Assembly (NCBI GenBank): GCA_050084985.1
Contig: JBITNC010000001.1
Location: 101,804,001 to 101,868,000 of the forward strand
Direction: 5' to 3'
Source: Nageia nagi
Taxonomy: Eukaryota; Plantae; Pinophyta
Length of the DNA stretch: 64,000 nucleotides
The notes below the pieces were generated by a model. That model was not told the origin of the DNA, ran no database searches, and saw nothing but the letters and a program-made list of their open reading frames with translations. This document shows positions 33,081-47,850 of the stretch, piece after piece (position 1 is the stretch's first letter; every line of letters begins with the position of its first letter). A program made the position numbers and the translations under genes.

Positions 33081-35899
33081 CACAACATCAAAAGTATTAA
33101 TTATATTTTATTCTCAAGCATTATCAAAATTTAATTATATGTTTTTTTTAAATAATCATTTTGATAGTTTTTATTTTTTGAGAAATAGATTCGTGATGTG
33201 CACTCTTGAACCTTTTAATAGGGAAGTTCATCATTTATTATGATTTATCTCCATGGATCATAGAAATCATATGTATTCTTCTTCATTTGTATAATAGTTT
33301 TTAAAAAAATTAGATATATATACCCAATAAATTATCATATATTTTTAATTTGCTATTTATTTGTATTTTATGCTTTACTTTTTTATTTGTGAAAGATTGT
33401 TTATCATTTCATGGTAAAGTTAACTTTGTACCTTATTTTGATGAACCTAACTTTCTAGTAATTTATTAGTGATTTATTTTTGTTACGATATGATGGAGAA
33501 GTCTAAAAGTCCTTAGAGAATGTTTTTTATGTGGCTTTGATGCATAAATATAAAAAGATTAGAATTGTTTTGATGGAGGCCCATTTTTATTTATTAATGA
33601 GCTCTAAAGGCATATATTATGTGATCAAGTGGGTACATTCCATGTCCAAGGAAAGAAGAATATGGTGTTTTAAGATACTTAACATCACACAAAATTCTAT
33701 CGGAGGAGGTCCTTGACATGGAGGATGATATAGTATAATATTTGAACTCATTATATAATTAAAAAAAGGTAGTTCTTGTCAATATAGCACTAGATCAAGG
33801 ATAAGGAAGAGCTTTAGACACTAAATATTATTTAGAAATCCCCAATAACAACTAAAGAATGTACTGTAAAATCCCAAGATCATAAAAAAAATGTCAGAGT
33901 GAAATCCCTCTTGTGTGAGGAGCATTTACTCAAATAAGTGGGAGAAAACCCTAGAGAATAGGATTAGGGTACAACTTTATTTTCCTACAAAAAGTTCATA
34001 GGACTCAAAGGTCTCCTTGGATGTGTAGGAGACTTGAGGAGTCTTTTGTTGCAATTTGATTGATGAGGGTTTGTTTTGAGGTGGCAATTTCTATTTTTCT
34101 ACCCTTTATGGGTTGAGTTTCATGCAAGGGTTTTTTCCTGTAGGAGGTTCATTGGCCCCGAAGGTCTACTTAGATGTATAAGAGATTCAAGGTTTATTTT
34201 GAAGGCTTGTAAGGATTTCTAGAGGTGGTGGATGGTGGCAACATTGAAGTAGTCCCATTAGAGATTCATTAGGGAGGGTTTTGAGGTGTGATCTGGATGT
34301 GGGGTGTTCTAGAGGTATAAGGATCCCTCTTCCAAGATGAATCTATTCGAGGGGTATTTTACGCATTGGGATTTTCTATGGCTTCTGTTGGTTCTATAGA
34401 GGATCTAGGATCCATTTGTTTCTTTTGCTCTTTTTGGTCGATGTGCTAGTTTTATTCCTGATCGATAGCTTGGGGTCTTGTTTTTTTGATGAGGGTCCTT
34501 CTCAAACTCAATACATATGGGATAGTTGGGGGTGCTTGGTGTTATGGTTATGAGTCTATAGTGGGTCCTCTTTACCTTGATCATGTTTAGTACTAGTTGC
34601 ACCTGTTGGCTAGGGTAGGATGATGTATGTCTTAGAAGTTACAAGACTATGATCTTTCTCTGTATGGATGTTATTGATTGTTAAAGATATCTTGAAAGAG
34701 CATAAACTGGGAGGGTTATGAGTTGTAATCTTGAGGAGGGGCATTATAAAGGTTTGATGATCTCTATCCCATGACAATCTTAGAGGGTTTTTTGGCAATT
34801 CACTTTAATAGTTGAGAATTTTTGTAGTTCCAATTTTGACTTGATTTAATGGTAGTTACAAATGTATAGGCTCTACAACTGGTGATACAAGGACCTAAGT
34901 ACCCACACAAAGTAATATTTGTTGGTTAGTAGTGTGTAGTTTAGGGTTTGAAACATGAGTGAGAGAAACTGATGCAAAGTTTAGGGTGAAACCTAAGTAA
35001 GGGAAACCGTCTACCATTGAACCAATAGTTCCTTGGTGATGCTTGGTATGAAGGAAAATTTAGGGGGCTTGTAATGGTAAACTTGGAGCATGGATTTTTT
35101 GATATGTGGAGGAGAAGTATTCTCAAACTCAACACCAAGTGTTGGAGGTGTCTTTCATGTGTTCTCTTTGCATTAAGGTTTTTCCTTTATGACATCTTTG
35201 TGATTTCAAGTCCCTTATTGTTTCCTTTGGTCCTTACAGAGGAAGTTCTTGTTAGATTTCAAATTGTTATCGTTTTTATTTTAGTTGAGGGGATTTTAAA
35301 ATTCCATGTTTCATTTTATAGTTTAGAGTTTTATTTTCATTCCTATTTCAGTTTGGTGGATTCTTTGAATTCCATAGTTTGATGCCAAATTTGAATTTGG
35401 GCTTCTCCAGCTGGCCATCTATAAGCCTGTGTCTCTCATGTGAGCTCAATTGTAATATATTCAAAAGAAAGAATATGCAAAATGTTATGATTCATTTCAT
35501 AAATCCATCATCTAATTTAAGCAAAAAAAAAACAAAGATCATTAATTTTTTATTAGGTTTCCCCATTATGAATATCTCTGATCTGATAAGAAATCAAGCT
35601 TATTTTAAAAAAAATGAATTTTAGAAGAGCATGAACCAAAATTGGAGGAAAAAAGTAAGTGAAAACAAGATGAATTTTTAAAAGGTCAAAAATAAAAAAT
35701 AAAGTTTATAAAGAAAATTAGCATGATGTTTCCAAATCTGAAAATTTATCCATAAACTATCCCATATTCTTCATCAATTATGATAGTAAAAAATAAGAAT
35801 GATTTATTGAGGATTGAGCATTTGATTAAATTAATTAGGAATACCAAACCTATAAAGAAAATATCATTTAGGATAAATTTGTATTTCTCTAAGAGTGTT

Positions 35900-36850
35900 T
35901 AGATAAGCGTGTTTAGAAGAGAGTTGGTAAGGTATTAAATGCAAGGTTTATCTTTCTTATAGATAATTTAAAATGAATTTCTCCTATTCTAGTATTTATA
36001 AAGAAGAGCAATAATATTAGAATACATATAGATTACCAAAAGTTAAATAAATCCGCAAATAATGATCCTTATTTTCTTCCCCTCTCAAATTAAATTTTAT
36101 ATGAAATGGTAGAATATGATTGTTACATTTGTTCATATGGTTATAGTGGATATAAAAAGGTTTGCATAACAAAGAAGGATTAGCTAAATATAACCTTCAC
36201 CACATTATAGGATACATTCTCTTACCAAGTGATGTCCTTTGGATTATGTAATATTCTTACTACATTCCAAATATTCATGCAATATTTATTAGAGTTTTAC
36301 TAGATGATTTTGTCTTTATGGGAAAAAGGAAGATAATTTGGGATAATTTTAAAAGGCTTTTAAATATATATAAGAACCAAAAGCCTCGGTGAACCCAAAT
36401 AAATATATTTTTGTATATTAAAAAAAGAGTACTCCAAGCACATATCATATCCAAAAGTAGTATTGAGATAAATTTAGAGAAAGTGGTCAAGATTAAGAAA
36501 CTTTCATTTGTAATTAATAAGAGTAAATTAATATTCTTAGGACATGTTGAATATTGTAGAAGAATCATGAACTTATATAAGACTCCATAACCATTGACAC
36601 AATTCCTAAAGAAGGATATGCCTTACAAATTAGGAAAGGAAACATCATAAGCGTTTGAAAAGTTAAAATAAGTATGGATAATAACACCAATATTAAATAA
36701 TCTTGATTGGAAAAAACTATTCATAGTATAAAATAATATGCAATATATATAAGGCTTTTTGTAGCATACTCAACTAGAAGGATGAAGATGAAAATAAGCA
36801 CTCAATCTATTTTGGACATTGAAAAATGAGCTAGAGTGAACCTTATAGGA
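35900..36850 (+). mobile_element. Decayed Ty3/Gypsy (Athila/Tat-like) RT-RNase H remnant
   Basis: GYSGY, VMSFGLCN..TTFQ, LLDDF, FLGHVEYCRR, PLTQFLKKD and PILNNLDWKKLF motifs. Confidence 0.75.
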
Positions 36851-39800
36851 GGATTATTTGTAATTATTATCTAATCTAGAAAGGTTTATTTGCAAATCTT
36901 ACACTATTCATATACTCAATAGACAACCCATAATTTTAAGAAATTCTAATTCAATTAAGGATTTAAGAAGATATTTAAATGAATGGTATAATTTGAGCAT
37001 GTTTCTTTTATCTCCTGGCAATACTTCTAGATCAAGGATACTAATATGCCTTTACTATAATAAGGTTAAATCATATCTTACCATTTAGAGATATGTTCAT
37101 ATGATCACAAGAATAGGATTACTTAACCTAATCCTAGGAGTTATTTATTTACCATTCAAAAGAAATGAATAGAATAACTTGATGCCAAATGTCTTATTTT
37201 TACAAACTAAGGTATTTTCTTTTAATATCATAGTTATATGAATTCATTATTAACCCTAAATGATCTTATTAATCCCTTCTTAGTTATAGTTCATATTATT
37301 ATAAAATAACTATGGTATTATTAGTTAGTTTCTTTCCTATGACACTTAAATCATTACAAATATCCTTTAAACAGAGGTTACTTCATTAACATGATGCTTT
37401 TTTTGGTAAGGGCAAATTAATTAAGGGGGTTTTTAAACAAGCTACCAAAACCTATATTTACATCAATTTCATATATATTCAGAATATACATTTAAAATAA
37501 AAAAAATTCATATTCTAAATAATCTAACTTTACATAGAAGACTAGGTATTAGCCTAACTATAGTCACTGATGATCATATCAGGATCCATGACCATGACAA
37601 GATAGTTTAAATCTAGGACCTTATTTCTAACAAAGGAAGGATATGAACTTCTTAAATAAATAAAAGGGCCAAAGAAATTATAATTTTCTTCAATGAAATC
37701 AACACATTTCTTCATTAGTTCACCAAATGGAATATCTTCAGTTGTCATTACAATAGTGATCGTACCTTTCCCTTTGTTCTATTAACTACGAATATAAGCA
37801 TTATCAAAATGAGATCTCAATGCCATTTTGAATATATTTGCTTTGTTCTAATCATCAATATTGCCAAAGAAAACTCATTTGAAGAAGAAATAAAATTTAC
37901 ATCTGTGATTATGATTGGCATGTTTCTCCATACTTTGTACTTCAACCAACTTAGGTTATTTCTCTTTCATTTCAAAATCTAATTCAATAGAATCTAAGGA
38001 GATTCAACATTTTTGGTAGAATTTTCCTTTTAAAATAGGTTCAATATCAATTTAAGGATACAACAAAGGTAGGGGAGAGGCTTAGACAAGGCTCAAGGAT
38101 TTTGAAGAAGATAAATATAAAATGGAAGAGGGGGGGAGGATGAAGGGGAGAGGGATACAAAGAAAGGGGTAAGATGGAAGTATGAGAAGGATATGAGAGC
38201 TTCAAGTAAGGGTGGTTGTAGGTATGCAAAGGGGAATCATATGCAAATTATTGTAGGGGAACCACAAATATAGCTCCACAAAGGCCAAAATTTACCAATA
38301 CCTTAATCAAACATTGATGAATAGGTATGTTATTATGGTTCCATCGAATTTAGGTATCTAATGAATGAAAAAGGAAAAAATAAAGGTTAACCTCCTTTTG
38401 AAATGAGAGAGCAAGAAAAATTGGTACCCATGAATCTCTGAATAATGCCCCTCCAGAGTAAACAATGAGATGATAAGCTTTGCCATCTCATTCCATGGGT
38501 AAACCATGAAATCAACAATGCAGGTTGACCTCCTTTTGGTGGGTATCAACTCCCTAAGGTCTAAAAAGGAATTAACTTCATTAAAGGTAGACTATATATC
38601 ATGATTATATAGTATCCTAACATTCTTCATAGCCATAGTAGCATCAATCAGGTTGGAAAAAATAGTGAAATGGTAATCATTCATTAAGACCTGAACCTCA
38701 TCCCATATTTTTGCTACATGATATGATCATTAAATATTGTGACCTTACAAAGTATTAATGAAGCCTCTAACATCATTACTGCATAATATTTTCCACACCA
38801 CAAGATTCACCATGAACATATCCCCATTATCTAGTTCTAGATTCTTCTACCCTATCATGATGTCATAATGAGATAGAATCAAATTTAAGGGATATGATGT
38901 TACTTCCACCATAGTTAATAATATCCTCCACCTTGAATGATTAATTTAGGATTTCCTTAACATGGAATGATCAACAATTTTTAATGCCTTAATTCATTCC
39001 CATATTATGAAGACATCATGAGACTTTAAGTCCCATGTATTCTACTTTATCTTCACTATTAATTTTGGATTCCATGTGATTAAAAATTGAGCCTTCCTTC
39101 TTAGCATCAAATTCTTGATTAAGGATATTTATATGGTCAATACTGTAGTTTTTCTCAATCATTTGTAGGATTTTATGAACCAATTGTTGTGGTGTCATAT
39201 TCTTTTCTTAGAAAATTCTATGATCTCTCCTTCCATAATTTCCAAAAGGTATGATGGAGAGAAAAATATAATCATTTATTCTTGGATTTGTTGGGGATAA
39301 TAAGTGACCATTTGGTGACAACTTTAGTCACCAAAATAACCAACTCATGCTTGTTGTTATGAAGTATTTCTACCCACACCTTATTGTGTTGGAATTTTAA
39401 TGCATTATTGTAAAGGATTGTTTATAATCTTCATTGTAAATTCACTAATTCTTATAGGTGTCATTTGATACCTTAAGTATTTAAGTGAATGTGATAATGT
39501 AACTTGTCCTACACTCCATGTCATGAGCATGCCCCTTTTGTAAAAGGGAGTTGCATGTCATGCCTTTGTACATTGGTTAAAAGGATGATTCAAAGGGAGA
39601 TTTTGGCCTATAAATAGAAGGCCCCCTCTTTGTGATCACTCACCAATTTGTGAAATAAAGTTATGCTATAGGATAATGTTTAGGTGATGAAGTAGGAGAA
39701 TTGTAAGAGATTTTTCTTTGTGAATAAAGTAAGATCTAGTTAATGGATGTACTCCTAGTTGGAGGAACCACTTTATCTCTTAAGTTATTTTGTGAGATTG

Positions 39801-40250
39801 TCTTCTTAGGTTATCTTGATATTAATATGGGCTTCCATGAGATATTGGTAGGTTAGGATTATTTGAGTTATATTTTAATCCCTTCATTTGGTATTAGAGC
39901 ATATATATATATTTTTATATACATAATATATTGTTGATTAAAAGGAATTATACATCTTTTTAAAAAATGTAATTACTAACTATAAAGGAATTGTTAGTAA
40001 AAAGCAACAATATATTATGATATTTGAGGCAAATTTTATTTGTGAGAGATTGGATTATACATTTAAAAAATGTAAGAGATTGAACTAACATAATCATAAT
40101 AAAAATGTTAGTACCATACAAAGTAAAAAAAATTGAAGGAGAAATCATACCATCAAATATTTTTACCACACAAAGATGCAAATGAAGGAAGAATACCTCC
40201 AAATTGAAGAGAAGCCTTAACACCAAGTTGAAGAGAAGATTCCACACCAA

Positions 40251-40485
40251 GCTCTGATACCAAACAAAGGGATTGAAATATAACTAAAATAATCTTAACC
40301 TACCAAGATGTCATGGAAGCCCATACTAACATCAAGATAACCCAAGAAGATAATCTCACAAAATAACTCAAGATATAAAGTGGTTCCTCCAAATAGGATT
40401 ACATACACTCACTAGATCTTACTTTATTCACAAAGATAACTCTCTTACAATTCTCCTACTTCATCACCTAAACACTATCCTATAG
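40251..40485 (-). repeat. Inverted copy of the LTR 3' half + PBS inside the Copia element
   Basis: GCTCTGATACCA followed by the reverse complement of ~39667-39886 (roughly 85-90% by eye). Confidence 0.9.
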
Positions 40486-40987
40486 GTGGATAGGCATGTG
40501 TGTAGTGATACCACATGTTTGCATATCTATTCAAGGATTATCCTAATAACCTAGGAGGACAACTTGAAACCTAATCAAGATTAATAATTTATTTAATCCA
40601 ATATACATCATAATTTTGAAAAATAGTAGGTATTCCTCCTTGTGAGAGTATATTACTACCCAAGGCAAACTAGTTGAGGATTGGTAGTACCTGGGCTCCA
40701 CCTTATGGGCATCCAAGTGAAGGTTTAATTTTAGATAAGAAAATAAGCCTCAATAATATTATTTACAATTCTTGGTATTGACAAAAGTGTTGAGTACATG
40801 GGATGTATATTTGAGTTTTTATTGTAAACATTTGCACTTGTGAACTTTGTGAAGCATGTCCTTTTATTAAACTTAACATGTATGATTGATTTACTTGAAT
40901 AAATAAAACATGTATGGATGATCAAAACTAAAAATGTAATGTTATTTTTAGACTAAATGCTTATTCTTTCACATTCTTGTGTAGAAA

Positions 40988-43900
40988 ATGGGGACACCTT
41001 CTTACCCAAGCACATTCTCGATGGTTTCAACTTTGGTATTTGGAACCTCAGATGAGAGCTGAATTATAGGCAAGAAAGCTTTGGCAAATCGTAAATGAGA
41101 ACCTTATTTCTCCTATATATGGGAAGGCACTTAAGGCATACAACATGAAGAATGAATTGATAACCTCCATAATTTTTTATGTAGTGTTAGATGATGTGCT
41201 CCTTATGATTTCATCCTCAACCTCAGTAAAAGAAGCTTGGGATAAGCTTAAGAAATTCTACCTTGAATTTAAGTTTTTTAGAAGGTTAATTATTCTCTAA
41301 AAGTTGGTTCAATCTCGTTAAGGGGAAGATGAAAATGTTTTCATTTACTTGAACAAAATCATTGACCTTAAGATCTAACTTATTGCTTGTGGATATAATT
41401 GGATCAATGATGAGTTCATGGTCTTCATCATTCTTCAAAGCCTTTCTTCAAAGTTTGGTAACTTTGTGACAATAATTGAGACTAGGCTTGATGATGAATA
41501 AGAAGTCTTCTCTCTTGAGAACTTTTTTAGGCTCCTTTTGAAGCATGAGAAAACTCTTAACAAAAAGGTGTTGATCTCTTCTCCAAAAGATAATAATGTT
41601 GCTCTAGGAGCAACCAAAAATCCTTTCAAGAAGAAGTTCAATCATCATAAGAAATCTTATCTTTATTCATTCAAAAGGGTTGAGAAAAAGGGCAACAATA
41701 ATAGCAATGATAATAACAATGGCAACAACAACCACTTCAAGTAAAGAGATGGAAAATGTAAGGAAAACAAACCAAATCCCAAGGCAAAATTCAATATAAA
41801 TTATAAATTTTATGGCAGCTATGGTCACAAAGAATTGATTGCTACAAAAATAAAGGAGAAGAAAAGAACAAGGGAAATGGAAATGGAAATGTAAAGAACT
41901 TCAAAGGGAAGAAGAATATAAAATTTGGATTTACTATTACATTCTACTCCATGTCTTACTCCTTTTCTACTGATTGGATTTTTGACCCTGGTTGCACTAA
42001 TCACATATGCTTTGAAAAGGATAAATTTGGAAATTTTTCTAAGAATAGAAAATATGTAGTTGTGATAGGTGATAATTATATCCTTGAAGTTCAAGGAATT
42101 GAGAGTGTACTAATTTATGGGAAGGTTCTTAAAAATATGTTCTATGTTCCTAAGCTTAGGATGAACCTTCTCTCTATGATTCAAGTTGCAAAAAAAGGTA
42201 CTCATTTGAGTTTAACTTAGGATCTTAGTGCATTAAGAGGAGACTTCCCACTCTAGTTAAAGGGTCAGTGAAAGATGATATTTACATTATGGATCAAGTT
42301 CCAACAAAGATGTGTCTTGCTACTAATATGTGTTCTAGAGGTAGTCTTTGGCACCAATGTTTAGGGCACCTTAACCATAAAAGCATTTAAGTCATGAAAT
42401 ACCAAGAACTTATGGAAGGTTTGCCTTCAATTTCACCTTCAATTGGTCTATGTGAGAAGTGTATCCTAGGAAAGATGAATAGATAAAAGTTTAAAAAAAA
42501 TAAAGAAATAAGAGCATCTTAACCTCTTCAACTTATGCATTTAGATTTGATGGGTCTATTTCAGACCAAGTCGCTTAGGGGAGCATCTTATATCTTAACC
42601 TTTTTCAATGATTTTAGTAGAATGACCTTTAGCTATCTACTTAAGCACAAAGATCAAACCTTTAAGGGTTTTAATAATTTTAAGGCCTTAGTTAAAAATT
42701 AGAATAACCTTAAAATCAAGATGTTGAGATCAAAAAATGTAGAAGAATATAATAGCAATGATTTTAATGAATATTATGCTAAGTATGGAATCAAAAGGCA
42801 TTTTATGATTCCTTACACTCCTCAACAAAATAGTGTTGTTGAAAAGAAAAATAGGATAATTATGGAGATGGCTAGATGCATGTTGGGTAATCTTTCTAAT
42901 TTTTTATGGAATTAAAATATAAGCATTTCTTTTTACATATTGAATAGGTGTCCCACAAAGTCATTCAAGGTAAGACTCTTTTTAAGGCTTGATTAGGAAC
43001 AAAACTTAACATTCCTCACCTTAGGGTGTTTGGTTGTGAAGCTTTCTCCTACATTGTTTATAAGAAAAAGATAAAGTTAGATAAAAAAGCTATCTTTATG
43101 GATTATGATAGTCACCATAGAGGCTATAGGATCTACTCTCCATCCTATAAAGGAGTATTCATTTCTAAGGATGTAAAGTTCAATGAACTTCTTGAAGAAT
43201 TTTCTTCTAATGAAGATATTTATGATCTAGATGACTCATCAGTTGCACTTAGCTAGTTGGATATTGATGTAAACAAGTCACCACAAGAATAAAATTCTCC
43301 AATGTAAAGAATAAAAAGAAGCATGACCTTGAACAAATCTTTATTTGCCAAAATTGATAAAAAGAATGAAACCTCATCCTTCAAAGCATGAGTGCTAGAT
43401 AGAAGCCATGAAAGTGGAGTATGAGATGCTTATAAAAATGAAAGTTGAGACTTGGTTCCTTATTCTAATGAAAAGAATGTGATTGGTAATAAGTGGATCT
43501 ACAAGATCAAGTACAATTAAATTAAGGATAATGAGAAATATAAGGCAAAGTTAGTAGCTAAAGGTTTTACTTAGAAATATGGTGTTGATTATGAGAAAAC
43601 CTTTGCTCCCATGGCAAAGATGCCCACTATTAGGATAATCCTTTCTCTTTTAGCAGCTCAAGGATAGAAAGTTTTTCAACTTGACATTAAGAGTACATTT
43701 TTCAATGGTGATTGAGATGTGAAAATCTACATAAATCAACCAGAAGGGTTTATTATAGAAGGAAAAGAATCTTATATGTGAAAGTTAAAAAAGTCATTGT
43801 ATGGACTTAAGCAAGCACCTAGAGCCTAGTATAAGAAGATTTTAGGATACTTTGCATACATTAAATTCTTTAAGTGCTTCTCTAACTTCGATCTTTATGT

Positions 43901-44870
43901 GCTCAATTTGAGAAAAGACATGGTCTTGATTCTCCTTTATGTGGATGATCTGTTGATTATTAAGAACAATGATGAAATCATTTAAGAGTGCATATCCAAA
44001 CTTAAGGTAACATTTTAAATGATTGATCTTGGTATCTTGCACTACTACCTTGGAATGCAAGTGTATCAATACAAAGATTGTATTTATCTTAGTTAATCCA
44101 AGTATATATCAGACATTTCATAGAAGTTTGGAATGGAGGAGTGTAGACATGTTGTGATCCTAATCTCTCTTGAAATCATTATTTCTCTTAGCTCTAACTC
44201 TTAGTTGGTTGATGCTATAGCTTACAGATAATTAATTGGTAGTCTTATGTATTTGACTATTTCTAAGCCAAATATTATCTTTGCAATTAATCTAATGGCA
44301 TGATTCATGCAAAAACCATATGTTGAGCACCTCAATGTTGTTAAGCAGATCTTGAGGTAAGTTGCAAGGACTAAGGATCTTGCTCTCAAGTATTCCAAGT
44401 TACCCCTATTTGTTCTCTTAAGGTTCTTTGATTCTAACTATGGGGGAGATAGAGATGATAAGAAATCAACCTCTGCATATATGTTTAGCATTGGTTTAGA
44501 TGCTATCTCTTGGACTTCCAAGAAGTAACCTAATATTTCTCTTTCCACCATAGAATTTAAATATCCAACCATGTCTATTGCAGCCCAAGAAGCTATTTAG
44601 ATTAAGCATATTCTAAAATAAAATAGATACGAGCAACTTGGCCCTTCTCTAATTTTTTCAGATAATCAATCATCTATTTATTTGGCTAAAAATTCTAGGT
44701 TCCATTAGGAACAAAACATGTGAAAATCCAAGCCCATTTTATCAAGGAGAAGGTTCTTGATGACATCATACACCTGGAGTATTTTCTATCAACCTTGAAC
44801 TTTACTGATTTGTTCACCAAGCCCTTTCCTGAAGCTTAATTTTATAAGCTTAGTGATGCTATCAGGTTGG
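40988..44870 (+). pseudogene. Copia gag-pol pseudogene
   Basis: WIFDPGCTNHI (protease), LWHQCLGHLN (GAG-pre-integrase), PYTPQQNSVVEKKNR (integrase), LYGLKQAPRA and LYVDDLL (RT), DSNYGGDRDDKKSTS (RNase H). Many stops. Confidence 0.93.
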
Positions 44871-46199
44871 TGAAGTTGCTTTCAAATTCTTATGTTGAAT
44901 TCATATTTGTGATTACAACTTCACCTTTAAGAGGATTTTTGTTGTACACCTTTATAGTAATTTCACTCTATGTGAGGAACTTGTACAATTTTTTGAGCAA
45001 AAGCTTGGCCAATATAGCATTGTTCAATAATTCATGTGTGAGGAACTCGTATGTGTCTTTTGGCACTATTCAATTATCCATATGTGAAGAACTCTTATGT
45101 GCATTTTGTTTTTCTCTATTTTGTAATGATAATTAAAACATATTTTATATACAAGTGACTATGAGTTTTGGCTTAGCATCTTCATGATGACTTATATAGC
45201 ACCATTGATCAATTTATGATGGCATTTGTTTGATTCATCTATCTTTTTTGATATGAATATATTGCATCTAACTGATCTTATTATTTGATTTGCTTATAAC
45301 TTACAAGTTTCTTTGAGATTGCAGGTTACTTACTTCAGGTGTTCAGGCTCATGTAGACTCATCATGACTACTAGTTGAATGACTACTTTATGTACATTGA
45401 AATTGATTATGGTTAATGATTGTATTGTAAACCACTTATTAAAATGGTAAAGTAGTGAGCCTTAAACTTTGATCTTGCTTAATTCACAAAGATGTAAAAA
45501 GTTCTCATCTCTAATTGTATCTCTTTGGAGGAGAACTCTCTTACTCTCTCTCTTTCTTCTCTCTTATTCACTCTATCCCAATATTGCATTAAGGGGGAGT
45601 GTTGGAATGTTAATGCATTATTGTAAAGGTTTTATTATAATCCTATTTGTAAATTCACTAATACTTAAAGGTATCATTTCATATCTTAAGTATTTAAGTG
45701 AATATGATAATGTAACTTGTCCTACACTCCATTTCATGAGCATGCCCCTTGGGTAAAAGGGAGTTGCATGTCATGTCTTTTTACATTGGTTAAAAGGGTG
45801 ATCCAAAGGGGTATTTTGGTCTATAAATAGAAGGATTCCTCTTTATGATCACTCACCAATTTGTGAAGTAAATTTATGCTATAGGATAGTGTTTAGGTGA
45901 AGAAGTAGGAGAATTATAAGTGTTATATTTGTGAATAAAATAAGATTTAGTTATTGGATGTACTCCTAGTTAGAGGAACCATTTTATCTCTTGAGTTATT
46001 TTTTGAGATTATCTTCTTGAGTTATCTTGATGTTAGTATGGGCTTCCATAAGATCTTGGTAGGTTAGGATTATTTTAGTTATATTTCAATCCCTTCATAT
46101 TGGACTAAGGGTAGAGAATACATAAATGGTTAATAGGTTCTTCTGCATTAATATATAAAGAATAAAAATTAGGGAAGATCAAACCTTTTCTTCTCAAAT

Positions 46200-47850
46200 T
46201 ATCATGAGTCAGGAATTGATTATGAAATATCAACCATAAGAAGTAACAAACTTTTGGAGTCACTCATTTAATCCATATCTTCTTGAAGGGAAAGGATCCA
46301 TCGAAGGGAGGATTAAGAGAGTCAAATATTAATTTGATAGAGTAGGCACCTCCCTTTCTAATCTTCCATATTGGCCTATTATTAACTCCATCAATTGGAA
46401 CTTAGATTATTTGGATCCTATTATTTAACTTAGAAGCCTTTGAAAGGATATTTTGATTTAAGGGTTGTAAATTGATCAAGAAGCACTACCTATCCTAAAT
46501 CTAAATATAGGAACTTACAAATATACCATTGGATTTCATCCCCCATTGAATCAAATCCATCATCCCATCCTCATGGTAGAAAGGATGATTCCCACACTAT
46601 TCATCTTCCCAAAATTTAATCAAGGCTCCATTCCCTAATTTTACAAGATGAGTTAGACTAGATCATTGGTTTGATCTTCATCAAACCCCTTTAGAAAGTA
46701 TAAATGACTTTATTTGCCTTTAGGAAATTTGAATCGTATCCCATATATTTAGATTAACATATATTAACCTAGTTCCTATACCCATCAAGAAAATAATCCT
46801 CCAATAAAGCTTCCCCCTTAGTGCAATATTAAAATTCTTAGTGTTATGAAGACTTAAACTCCTATCCTTCTTTAAGTATGTAAACGTTTTCCAAGCAACC
46901 AAATCCATCCCATCCTTTTTCTTTATTCAATCCTAGTCTATAAGAATTTATTACAAATTTGATCAATTGTATCACAAAGGTAATTAGGAAGCTCAAAAAT
47001 ATAAGTACAATAGATTGACATACTTTGCATGATAGTTTTCACCATGAGGCATTTCCCAGCAAGACTCAAAGTTACACCCTTCCATACAACTATCTTCCTT
47101 TGAAATCTTTTTAATAAAGAAATTCAAAGGTCTTTATTGGGAGGTCTAATGAACATTGGCATACCAATATAAATACATGGGAGGGATCCAATCTACCAAT
47201 GAAAGATTCAATTTATTTTTTTCTGGCTAAGAACTAGGGTGTAAGTGAAGAACAACTGGCTCTCATCAAAATTTATTTTTTTCTAGGAAGAATATTCATA
47301 ATCCTTGAGAATTGGAAGAAAGTTTCTTACATCCACCATAAAATCCTTTCTAATAATAATGGTATCATCCACAAATTTATGGTGGGTAATTGAAGAAAGA
47401 GTAGAGGATGGGGCTAGATCTTTAATCTTATCTAAAGCTTTCCTATTCCCTATTCTTCTAATGAGATATTCTACCATGATAATAAAAGAGTAAGGGGATA
47501 TGGAATCCCCTTGGAATAGGCCTCTGTAAGAATGAAAGAAACCCATAACCTTCCCATTGATGAGAACATAAAAGGAAGTTGTTCATATACATTGTAAAAT
47601 CCATGACTCCAAACCTGAGAGAGTCCAAACTTTGTACAAACTTTATCCAAAAACTCCCATTTACCCCAATTGTAGGCTTTTTGCATGTCTAATTTGAAGG
47701 TATCTTCCATTATAGTGTGGGTAGAGTGAAGAGTCTCATGTAGTTCAATAATTTTATTCATAATTTTCCTCTCTTATATAAAACCATCTTGCTTAGGAGA
47801 GATGATTTTGCCTAATAGAGGTTTAAGTTTTTTTGGTAATATTGGAGGTG
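46200..47850 (-). mobile_element. L1 LINE ORF2 RT remnant
   Basis: KLDMQKAYN, RGLFQGDSISPY, HKFVDDT and LVAW motifs in ORFs 47471-47761, 47283-47546 and 46720-46908. Confidence 0.85.

Larger units (their letters stand above)
39387..46097 (+). mobile_element. Full-length but decayed Ty1/Copia retrotransposon
   Basis: LTRs 39387-39886 and 45600-46097 (TG..CA); perfect TSD TATTG; PBS TGGTATTAGAGC at 39889-39900; PPT AAGGGGGAG at 45591-45599; domain order gag-PR-IN-RT-RH. Confidence 0.95.

Noticed and set aside
33750-35370. Gene or element in a G-rich segment (likewise 18930-20110, 37000-39380 and 54970-55660)
   Set aside because: Probably decayed TE sequence, but no domain motif or termini could be identified with confidence.
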